From NCBI GenBank assembly GCA_030037265.1, contig JASHRQ010000013.1:1-38638 (forward strand): a stretch of 38,638 nucleotides of DNA, read 5' to 3'. The notes beneath the pieces are model-generated. The model made no database searches. It was given only the letters and a program-made list of their open reading frames with translations, and was not told where the DNA came from. Made by a program: the position numbers and the translations under genes. The stretch's first letter is position 1. Each line of letters begins with the position of its first letter. Of the stretch, positions 16,271 through 24,600 are shown piece by piece. This stretch comes from Thermoplasmata archaeon (GTDB lineage Archaea > Thermoplasmatota > Thermoplasmata > Lutacidiplasmatales > UBA184).

Positions 16271-17290
16271 TTACCCGGGTCCCCGCGGGCTGGGCCCCGG
16301 GCGGCTCAATTCCTCCCTGGGCGACGCGGAACGGCCGGCCTGCCGCAACCGCCAGAGGAGGCCCGGATGTCTTGCCAGAGCCCTCCGGCGGGATGGCATC
16401 ACCTCTCCGGCGAGGTCGGCGAAGGCGCTACAGTCCCCCGCCAGGAGCCGTGACCGAAGCTCCTGCTCTTCATCCGTTGCGGCCGTGAACGGGGGATGGA
16501 CCCCGTCCAGAGCGTGCGTCGCGGCCGCTCGAATCTCGTTCAACGTCGGCACCGACTCGCCGGCCCGCAGCAGGTCCTCGAGTTCGGCCGGGCGATACTC
16601 GACGGCGAGCCGCGTGGGGTAACTCAGACGGTACCACTCGTGGTCAGAGAGGAACGAATACGCAAGATAGGAGGCTCGTGCCCGAGGTTTCAGGTGCCAG
16701 CGCTCCCGAAGCATCCCGTGCATATCGAACAGGTCTCGAGCCGCGGCACGATACGCCACGGCCGTAAGCTTCTGGCCGAGAAGCTCCGCGTCGGCGACAA
16801 CCGGGTAGTGCAGGTCGTCCGCGTGGAACAACGCGGGGCCCTCTCGCGTGTGGGCCGGGAGCAGGGTCGTCCGGTTCAGCAGGTCCAGATCGAGGTGGAT
16901 CTGGTCCGGACTCCCCAACTGGTTCCGATAGGCGAGTCGGAGGGTGCAGGCGGCCGGACTCGGGTTTCGGCGGACTCGATAGCCGAGCCGTCGGGCGACG
17001 TCCTCGACCGCGTCCACCAGGTGGGGCGGCGGAGCCGGCGGGCGTGGTGCACCCGGTTCGCCGGTCGCCATCAGGTCGATGTCGACACTCAGGCGCGGGA
17101 TGCGGGTCGGGCGGAAGACGTTGAGCGCCGTTCCACCCTTCAGCGTGAATTGACCCGCCGTCTCCCTTCTCGCTTCGAGTTGCCGGAGGAGGTCCAGAAG
17201 CCGCGCAACCATCTCGGCCCCGACCAGGGAGAACCCCTCACTCCGCGCCTCCGCGAGGTCGTATCCGGCGGGCCCGACCACGTCAGACAC
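16271..17290 (-). CDS. abiEii: Nucleotidyltransferase AbiEii/AbiGii-family toxin (type IV toxin-antitoxin / abortive infection)
   Basis: FTLKGGTALNVF...RLSVDIDL is the DUF1814/AbiEii nucleotidyltransferase signature. It overlaps the upstream AbiEi gene by 8 nt. Confidence 0.8.
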   Translation of the reverse strand: MSDVVGPAGYDLAEARSEGFSLVGAEMVARLLDLLRQLEARRETAGQFTLKGGTALNVFRPTRIPRLSVDIDLMATGEPGAPRPPAPPPHLVDAVEDVARRLGYRVRRNPSPAACTLRLAYRNQLGSPDQIHLDLDLLNRTTLLPAHTREGPALFHADDLHYPVVADAELLGQKLTAVAYRAAARDLFDMHGMLRERWHLKPRARASYLAYSFLSDHEWYRLSYPTRLAVEYRPAELEDLLRAGESVPTLNEIRAAATHALDGVHPPFTAATDEEQELRSRLLAGDCSAFADLAGEVMPSRRRALARHPGLLWRLRQAGRSASPREELSRPGPSPRGPG

Positions 17291-18080
17291 CCCCGGGATA
17301 GACTATTCCGAAACGGCGGTCGAGATGGTTCCCTGACTCGCGCGGACGGGTCCCGAGGTAGGAAGGACCGGGCTTGGACACCGATCGCTCGATCGCGTCG
17401 AGGACCGGTCGGAATCGCGCATGCTTAGGGTCCCGGGCGACGCACCTTCCGAGGAGGTGCCCCACTCGGACCCGGATCCCCTGGCGAGGCGTCGCCACGA
17501 CGAGGTTCCGCAGGGCCCCCGGTTCGCACCGGGGGAGCAGGACCGCGAACGCCTCCAAATCCGCCGCGTAGTCTTGACGCCGGCTCGGGAGAGCGGCAAG
17601 GTCGAGGAGGGTCTGCTCCGTTGTCCGGACCGGAAGCGAGACCCGACCCCGACGCACCCAGGAGGTGGTCTCGCTCCATCGTTCGGGCGCGGCTCGATGG
17701 ATGTGAATGATCAAGTCTCCGAGGGTTCGACGCCGAGACCGCGCCCCGGGGGCACTAACGTGGACCGTCCTTCGGAGGGCATCCTGCCCCCCGAACAGGG
17801 CCAGAGCGCTGAGATGGCTAAACGCGTACTGACCGTGGAGGGCTTTCTGGACGGCCAAGAACGGGTCCGGCCGAAAGCCGCTGGGCTCGACGTCGAGAGG
17901 CACTACCGCGTACTCCCCCCTCGCGACCCGGGTAAGCAGTCCCCTCTTTCGGAGGTCAAATGCGGCCTTTCTCGCGTTCTTCGGGGGCAGCCGAAGGATT
18001 CTCCCGACGTCGGCCGTTGTCAGTACCCCTTCTCGAGCGAGCCGAAGAAGGTCCGCGCGGCGTATCCTCCTGCGCTCCAT
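17283..18080 (-). CDS. abiEi: AbiEi-family antitoxin / transcriptional regulator (N-terminal wHTH)
   Basis: MERRRIRRADLLRLAREGVLTTADVGRILRLPPKNARKAAFDLRKRGLLTRVARGEYAV... is a typical AbiEi N-terminal domain. The gene order and overlap with abiEii are canonical. I prefer ATG 18080 over TTG 18092. Confidence 0.75.
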   Translation of the reverse strand: MERRRIRRADLLRLAREGVLTTADVGRILRLPPKNARKAAFDLRKRGLLTRVARGEYAVVPLDVEPSGFRPDPFLAVQKALHGQYAFSHLSALALFGGQDALRRTVHVSAPGARSRRRTLGDLIIHIHRAAPERWSETTSWVRRGRVSLPVRTTEQTLLDLAALPSRRQDYAADLEAFAVLLPRCEPGALRNLVVATPRQGIRVRVGHLLGRCVARDPKHARFRPVLDAIERSVSKPGPSYLGTRPRESGNHLDRRFGIVYPGGV

Positions 18081-18085
18081 GTAAA

Positions 18086-18100
18086 TTACCAATTAGGTAA
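18086..18100. promoter_or_regulatory. Inverted repeat TTACC-AATTA-GGTAA between the TATA box and the abiEi start (candidate operator)
   Basis: Perfect 5-bp arms, 6-20 nt upstream of ATG 18080, where the transcription start should fall. Confidence 0.4.
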
Positions 18101-18109
18101 CTTATGTGG

Positions 18110-18121
18110 ATTATTATAAAG
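18110..18121 (-). promoter_or_regulatory. Strong TATA box (CTTTATAATAAT on the minus strand) for abiEi-abiEii
   Basis: The most AT-rich stretch in the window, centred about 35 nt upstream of ATG 18080. Confidence 0.5.
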
Positions 18122-18313
18122 TAATCCCCCTCGGCCGCGCCGAGGACCGGGGTCCCCCGGCGTGTCGGCCGAGTCGAGCGCATCGACCCAAATTGGAGAA
18201 GGGCTCCTCCCCGGCACCCACCGGCGGAGGGAAGTCGTCGGAGGGGGAGAGTGGCCGCGCCCCGTCGCAAGGCATCGAGAGGGTCCCCGGCCGTGACCCT
18301 TCGTGGCGTCGGC

Positions 18314-19201
18314 TTAACCCGGTCCAACCTGGGCGAGGAAGGCCCGGACGGTCGCGAGGTACCGGTCCTGCTCTTTGTAGACGCAGTCGTGCCCGCTCCG
18401 CTCGAAGACCACCAATCGGGATCGCGGAATGCCCCGATGGATCGTGCGCGCGCACTTCGGCGTCACCAGGTCGCGTCGGCCGACGGTGACCAGCGTGGGG
18501 ACCCGAATGCGGTCGAGTCGGTTCCGGACATCCCATCCCGCCATGGTGCCCGTGGCCCTTGGGGTGAGGAGGTCCGGTCCCTGCAGCGCCATCGCGACGG
18601 CCGGGTTGAGGTGCTGCCCGGCCAGCACGAGGTCGATCGGCAGTACTTTCAGGCCCGAGAGGTGGCGTCGGTGGAACTCGGAGACGGCCCGGACGTAGCC
18701 GGGATCGCCGAGCTCGCCGCTGCGTTCGCACCGGAAGATGGTCTCCCGCTCGGGCTCGGGCAACCGGTCGACCAGACGACGCACCTCGTCCTCCATCTCC
18801 GCCTGGCTGGCGTACCCGCTCCCGACGATGAGGCTTCGGTACCCTCGCGGATGGCGGAGGACGGTCTCGAGCGCGAGCGCGCCCCCGAAGCTGTATCCGA
18901 GGAGATGGCACCGGCCCAGGTGCAGCGCGACGCGGACCGCGTCGGCCTCGTCCGCGAGCGACTCGATGGTCAACCTTCGATAGTCGCGGGGACGCTCCGA
19001 CCGGCCGCATCCGAGCTGATCGTAGCACACGACGCGGAGCCCCGACGGCGCGAGTGCCGTGAATGGGCGCATCAGTTCGTGGGTCGCCCCGGGTCCGCCG
19101 TGGAGGCACAGCAGCGCTCCCGCGGGGCCGTCCCCGACCGACTCGTAGTACAGTCGGTGGCCGGCGGCGCGCACGAAACCCCGCCCCCACGGCAATCCCA
19201 T
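18314..19201 (-). CDS. pip: Proline iminopeptidase family alpha/beta hydrolase (tricorn-interacting factor F1-like)
   Basis: LCLHGGPGATHE (HGGPG motif) and LLGYSFGG (GxSxGG nucleophile elbow). I used the internal ATG 19201 of track ORF 18314..19954. A TATA-like GCTTATCC (minus strand) lies at 19227-19234. Confidence 0.8.
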   Translation of the reverse strand: MGLPWGRGFVRAAGHRLYYESVGDGPAGALLCLHGGPGATHELMRPFTALAPSGLRVVCYDQLGCGRSERPRDYRRLTIESLADEADAVRVALHLGRCHLLGYSFGGALALETVLRHPRGYRSLIVGSGYASQAEMEDEVRRLVDRLPEPERETIFRCERSGELGDPGYVRAVSEFHRRHLSGLKVLPIDLVLAGQHLNPAVAMALQGPDLLTPRATGTMAGWDVRNRLDRIRVPTLVTVGRRDLVTPKCARTIHRGIPRSRLVVFERSGHDCVYKEQDRYLATVRAFLAQVGPG

Positions 19202-19263
19202 CGACTGCCTCGAACAGGCGCCCCGAGGATAAGCGGGTCGGCCGGGGCCCGCACGGGGAACGG

Positions 19264-19743
19264 CTACGGTCCGATGCTGGGCCCCGAGACGGAGCTCCCC
19301 TCCGCAGGTCCCTCCGGGGATGCGCCGGAGGAGCTCGGGGGTCTTGCCGGTGAGGCCAACGGGCGAAACGGCGGCAGGTACGTGGACGGGTCCGGATAGT
19401 ACTTCACGACGAACAGGATCGCCAGGACGCCGGCGGCCATTCCGACCACCGTCCCCACTTCGAAGCCGCCCCCGCCGGGCCAGCTCAGGAGCGACACGAC
19501 GATCATCGCCGCGCCGACGAAGAAATGCGTCCGCGGCCAGATGGCAAGGACGGCGCCCAGCGCGACGAGCGTGAAGCCCGCGGCCGCCTCCCCTTCGCCG
19601 TACAACACGGAGAAGTTCCCCAGTCCGGGCTCGACCAGGTTCAGGAGATGCCCGTCGCTCAGCAGTACGCCCGCATCGAGCAGGATGAGCCCGCTCGCGA
19701 TGCCCGCCAGCACGATCGCCAGTACCGGACGGTTGGTCTGCAT
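19264..19743 (-). CDS. Small integral membrane protein (about 4 TM) with a Pro/Ser-rich C-terminal tail
   Basis: MQTNRPVLAIVLAGIASGLILL...FFVGAAMIVVSLLSW...GMAAGVLAILFVV. This is the hydrophobic 3' portion of track ORF 19264..21120. No family recognised. Confidence 0.55.
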   Translation of the reverse strand: MQTNRPVLAIVLAGIASGLILLDAGVLLSDGHLLNLVEPGLGNFSVLYGEGEAAAGFTLVALGAVLAIWPRTHFFVGAAMIVVSLLSWPGGGGFEVGTVVGMAAGVLAILFVVKYYPDPSTYLPPFRPLASPARPPSSSGASPEGPAEGSSVSGPSIGP

Positions 19744-20012
19744 GGACGGATCCGGGGTCGACGCCGAGATGGAGCACGACGCAGCTACATGAGGGTGGCC
19801 CGGGACGCCCGGCACCTCCGTTTCCCACCGTCCGAGGGGTGGACCGCATCGTACCGCTCGGCACGAGAACCCCCGAGAGCCCGCGGGGCAACGGACCCGG
19901 CGCGAATGCGACCCGGGCCTTCGCGGTCCGTCCCGCCGGCGGGCCGAGGGCCATGGCGCTCGGCGGTCCGGCGGCCGTCCTCCTCTATCGGGCCGATCGG
20001 AGGTCCGGGGGG

Positions 20013-21563
20013 TCACGCATCGGTCCGGGTCCCCCACTCCGCGATACCGGCGGCGGCGAACAGCCGGTCGAGGGCGTCGTGGTACGCGGCGGGGGCCGCG
20101 GTGAGCGCGCCCTGGGCCGCTTCCCGTAGGAACGTGCCGAACTTCTGCTCGCTCTCCGAGAACTGCCACTGGTGGTTGGCCGCCTTGCCGAGCGCGAGCA
20201 GCAGGGCGTACGCGAGGCCCCGCGCGTTCCCCTCGTGCGGGAGGAACTCGAACAGCGCCCGCTCCGCCGCCGCCTCCCCCTGGGTCCGGAACGCGCGGGC
20301 CACGCGGTCGACGTAGACGGCCTCGGGCGACAGCGCGCGGTACCGGGGCAGGGACTCGATCACGTCCCGGTCCTCCCGGACCCGCTGCACTCGCTTCAGG
20401 ATCTCCGCGACCCGGCCCGGCGGGGCGCCGCGCAGCTCGTCGAGGATCCGCTGCGACTCGCCGGGGTCCTTCACGATCGACCGGACGATCGTCTCGGCGT
20501 GGGCGGGCCAGAGCTGCTCGAGCGCCTGGCCCGCGGTCGGGCGGTCGACCGAGAAGTAGCCGGTCGTCCCCCGGAGGACGCGGTCGAGCGCGCGCCGCTC
20601 CACGGGGGACGGGCCGAGCGCGTCCAGGAACGCGTCCAGCGTTCCGCCGAAGCAGACGCCGTTCGCGACGAAGGTGGGGCGGGACGTCCGCTCGAGCCGG
20701 GGACGCAGCTCGGCGAGATAGTCCCGGAGGAGGTCCGCGTCGCCCAGCCGGCCCTGCTCGTACGTCCGGCGGGCACCTCCCGGGAGGTCGGGCAGGTGCG
20801 CGTGGACGCAGTCGGCGCCGGCGCGACAGTCGACGTTGAGGGACGCGGAGACCGGGAAGGCCGAGGACGGGTCCGGGACGGCCACGTCCTCCACGAGCGA
20901 GGAGAGGAGGTGCCGGTCGGTCTTCGCGCAGCGGTCGCAGACCCGGAAGACCGTGCCCGCGCCCGGCCAGCCCACCTCGAGGTACGGACGGCGCTCGCCC
21001 CCGGCCAGGTCCGAGCAGAGGAACCGACGGGTCCCCGCCTCCTCCGTGAACCGGTACGGCAGGCTCGCGAGCTTCGCCGCCCGGAACCCCGCCGGCGGCT
21101 CGGGCGAGGACCCGGTGCACCAGAGGCGGTCGGTCCCCGCGAAGAAATGGAACCCGCGACGGGTCCAGTCGAGATACCCGAGCATCAGCCGCGCGGGGTC
21201 GTCGGAGTGCTGCACCGCCACCTCCGTCTCGGGCCGGGTCCGGGCGAGCACCGCGAACGGGATCGCTCCCCCCGGGAGCGGGAAGGTGGCGACCACGGGG
21301 GGTTCGGGGGCGAGGAAGTAGTGCAGCAGCCCGGCGTACGACCGGGCGAGCGGCTCTCCGTGCCGGGCGAGCCGCTCGAGCCGCGAGGCATCCTCACGCT
21401 CCTCCCGGACCGCCTCGAGCTCGTCGCGGAGCCGGTCGAAGCGGTCGGACGGACAGCCCGACGCGAGCTTCGGCAGGAGCGGGTCGACCGAGTCGCGGAG
21501 CGCCTTCGCCCGGGCGACGAGCTCCTCCTTCCGGACGGCGGAGATTCGGTGGGGTCGGGGCAT
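20013..21563 (-). CDS. Hypothetical protein, 516 aa, with a Cys cluster (VCDRCAKTD...NVDCRAGADCVHAH)
   Basis: Long ORF with balanced composition and strong G/C at third codon positions. Has its own TATA-like box about 31 nt upstream. I do not recognise any family. Confidence 0.6.
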   Translation of the reverse strand: MPRPHRISAVRKEELVARAKALRDSVDPLLPKLASGCPSDRFDRLRDELEAVREEREDASRLERLARHGEPLARSYAGLLHYFLAPEPPVVATFPLPGGAIPFAVLARTRPETEVAVQHSDDPARLMLGYLDWTRRGFHFFAGTDRLWCTGSSPEPPAGFRAAKLASLPYRFTEEAGTRRFLCSDLAGGERRPYLEVGWPGAGTVFRVCDRCAKTDRHLLSSLVEDVAVPDPSSAFPVSASLNVDCRAGADCVHAHLPDLPGGARRTYEQGRLGDADLLRDYLAELRPRLERTSRPTFVANGVCFGGTLDAFLDALGPSPVERRALDRVLRGTTGYFSVDRPTAGQALEQLWPAHAETIVRSIVKDPGESQRILDELRGAPPGRVAEILKRVQRVREDRDVIESLPRYRALSPEAVYVDRVARAFRTQGEAAAERALFEFLPHEGNARGLAYALLLALGKAANHQWQFSESEQKFGTFLREAAQGALTAAPAAYHDALDRLFAAAGIAEWGTRTDA

Positions 21564-21590
21564 GCCGGGTCGTCGAGACGGTCTCTCGCG

Positions 21591-21597
21591 TTATGAG
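21591..21597 (-). promoter_or_regulatory. TATA-like box (TCATAA on the minus strand / TTATGA on the plus strand) upstream of the 516-aa ORF
   Basis: About 31 nt upstream of ATG 21563. Same core as the two tRNA promoters. Confidence 0.3.
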
Positions 21598-21672
21598 GGT
21601 TGACCCCCCCGGCCCCAGGGCCGGGACCCGGGGAGCGGTGCCGGCCGGGGGCGCCGTCGGGGGGCGTCTCCG

Positions 21673-24600
21673 TCAGGACGCTCCCGGCGGAGGAGGCGGA
21701 GGCGGCACGGGCGACGACGACGGCGGGGCGGGGCCCGGCGAGTACTCGGTGAGCGGCCCGGGGGGCGAGCCCGTCGGCGGGGACTTCTTCCGGCGCGTCG
21801 CGAGCACGACGCCGAGGCCGACCAGCACGACGACCGCGACGGCGATCGCCGCCCACTCCGCCGCGCTGAGCCCGCCCGGGAGCGAGGTGGACTTCGAGAA
21901 CGGGACCGTCACCGAGACCGGCGCCCCGTTCACCTCGACCGAGCCGGAGGCGTGGTCCGCGGCGTAGCCGGCGCTGCCGGTCACCCGGTACGAATACGTG
22001 CCGTTCGCGAGCTCGAAGACGATCGGTGGACCGGCCGAGTGCAGGGTCGTCGCGCCGACCCGCACCGACCAGTTCGCCCCCGCCGGTAGGCCCGACTCGG
22101 TGAACGTGACGGCGTAGGTCGTCGTGGCCGGGATCGCGAAGGCGATCGGGAGGCTCTGGTTCCGGTCCGCGTAGACGGACCCCGAGGGCGAGGAGGCCGC
22201 GTAGCCGTCCACCGACGGGATCGAGTAGGCGTACGTGCCGACGAGCGTCACGAACGAGATCGTGCCCGAGCCGCCGAACGTCGTGTTCGTCTTCGCGGTT
22301 CCGTTGAACGTCACGCTCCAGACGGTGTCGCTCGGGAGCCCCGACTCGACGAAGGTCGTCGTGAACGGCACGGCGACGAAGGAGATCGTGACCGTCTGGT
22401 TGGCGCCGGTGAAGTCGACGGCCCCGCTCGGCGGGGTCGGGGTGTAGCCGACGGGCGGGTCCACGACGAACCCGAGCGACGCCGACGGGAGGCTCCAGCT
22501 CGGAATGTAGACGAGCTCCGCCGGGGTCGAGTAGGGGACCGTGGTGAGGGTGAAGCCCCACGTCGTGCCGGCGGGCAGGCCGACCTCGCGGAACTCGAGC
22601 CAGTTCGCGAGGAACGCCGAGTACGGGTGGTCGTCCGCGATGCCCGACGCGATCGCGTAGCTCCCCGTGCCGGACCAATCGGACCAGTAGTTGCCGATGG
22701 CCCCCTCGTCGAAGACGACGTCCGGAGCGCCGGAGACCGCCGCCTGCAGATGGGCGGGGTTCGTGGTGCCGTTGGTGCTCGCCCCGTTGTTCGCGACGAA
22801 GTTGTTCGCGATGACGGTCGCGTCCTCGCCGCCGGTGACCGAGACACCGTAGCCGGCGGAGCTCTCGACGGTGTTCGCGGTCAGCACGACGGCGTCGGTG
22901 TCGGTGAGGTTCGCGCCGAGCGCGTTGCCGAAGAGGAACACCCCGTCGATCGTCGCCGACTCGGTCCGCGTGAGCTGGAGCCCGACCCCGCCGTTCCACT
23001 CGCTGAAGTTCGAGACCGAGAGCACGTCCGTGTCGTTGTCCCACAGCCCGAAGTTGTAGGTGAGGGCCGTGCCGTTCCGCACGGTCGCGTCGACGTCCTC
23101 CAGCGTCGCGACCGCCGTCGTCGGGAACGGACCGGAGCCGCCGGCCGTGGTGAAGTAGTTGCCCGACAGCGCGGTCTCGCTGGCGTTGAAGCCCGAGACG
23201 CTCACGAGCTCGTCCCCCGCGAGCGCCGCGCCCGTCGAGCCGGAGCTCGCCCGCACGTCGGAGACCGTCACCTCGTCGAGGTCCTCGACGAGGACTCCCA
23301 CGGAGAGACCGGAGGCCGTCGAGTTCGTCACGACGGCGTCGTCGCCGTCGAGCCCTACATACCCGATCGAATTGCCGGTCGCGGAGACGTTCGCCACCGT
23401 GGTGTCGTCGGAGTCGAGCACCACGAGCGCGGCGAGCGTTCCGTCGGACGCGCTGACGTCGATCGCGTGGACCCCGTCCCCCTCGGACACCTCGACCTCG
23501 TCGCTCGCGCTCACCGACACGCCGCTCAGGGTGACCGAGTCGCTCAGCGCCACGAGGCCCCCCGCGCTGGCGGAGGCGGCGGAGAGGTCGTCGATCACGA
23601 GGCCATCGAGCTCCTCGAGGTCGACCGCCTCGGAACCCGTGGTCACCGAGTCCCCCGCGATCGTGACGGCGGTGGCGCTCCCGCCGTACACCCCGATCGC
23701 GTCGTCGGAGGCGCTCACGGAGCCGATGGACAGGTCGCTTCCGCCGTCGACGTAGACCGCGACGGACGAGTACCCCTCCGAGTCCAGGCCCGCGGCCGCG
23801 GCGGTGTGGACCGAGCTCCCGACATCGTCGAGCAGGACGGCGCCGAAGGCCCCGGTTCCGGCCGTGACCTGCGAGAAGGCGCTGTCCGTGGAGTTCTCGG
23901 CGATCGCCCCCAGGGAGTCCTGGCCCGTGACGAGCCCGTCGACCGTCGACCCGGTCGTCGCCCAGAACTCCACGGCCGGGATCGGGATCGTCTCGGTCGG
24001 CCCGTACAGGAGGGCGGAGTTCCCGATGACCGACGTGTTGTCGACGGAGAAGAGCCCCGTGCCGAAGTTGAAGAAGTATCCCTGGGTCCAGTACGGGATC
24101 GTGACCGTGTCGACGCGGTCGGTCACGTAGGTGAACGTGGAGGCCGACTGCGTGAACTCATTCAGGTGGACCGAGGCGGAGAGCCCGAACTCGGCGAACA
24201 GCAGGAACGTCGGATACCCGAAGTCGTTCACGTGGCGGAAGGACGGGTCGAGCGCCGCCTGGGCGTCGTCGATCGTGACGGTCGTCGTCCCGGTGTCGTA
24301 GCTCACGCCCGTGGTGCCGGAGGTGCCGAACGCCTCCGCCTGTGCCGCCGAATTGAGGTAGACCGGCGAGGAGAACTCCGCGGCGTCGCCCACGGCCGGG
24401 GGCGTCACGGTGCCGCTGGCCATGATCGCCGCGGTGTACTCGGTGGTGTAGCCGTCGGCCAGGACTTCCGCGACGTACCCGTCGCCGGCGGCGGGGGGCG
24501 GGAGGACCATCGTGGCGGTGCCGGTGGAGTCGCCCGGTGCGTACGAGAAGTTGAGCCGCGAGGCGTTCACGCCGTATTCCGCCGAGAAGGTCGTCTCGTT

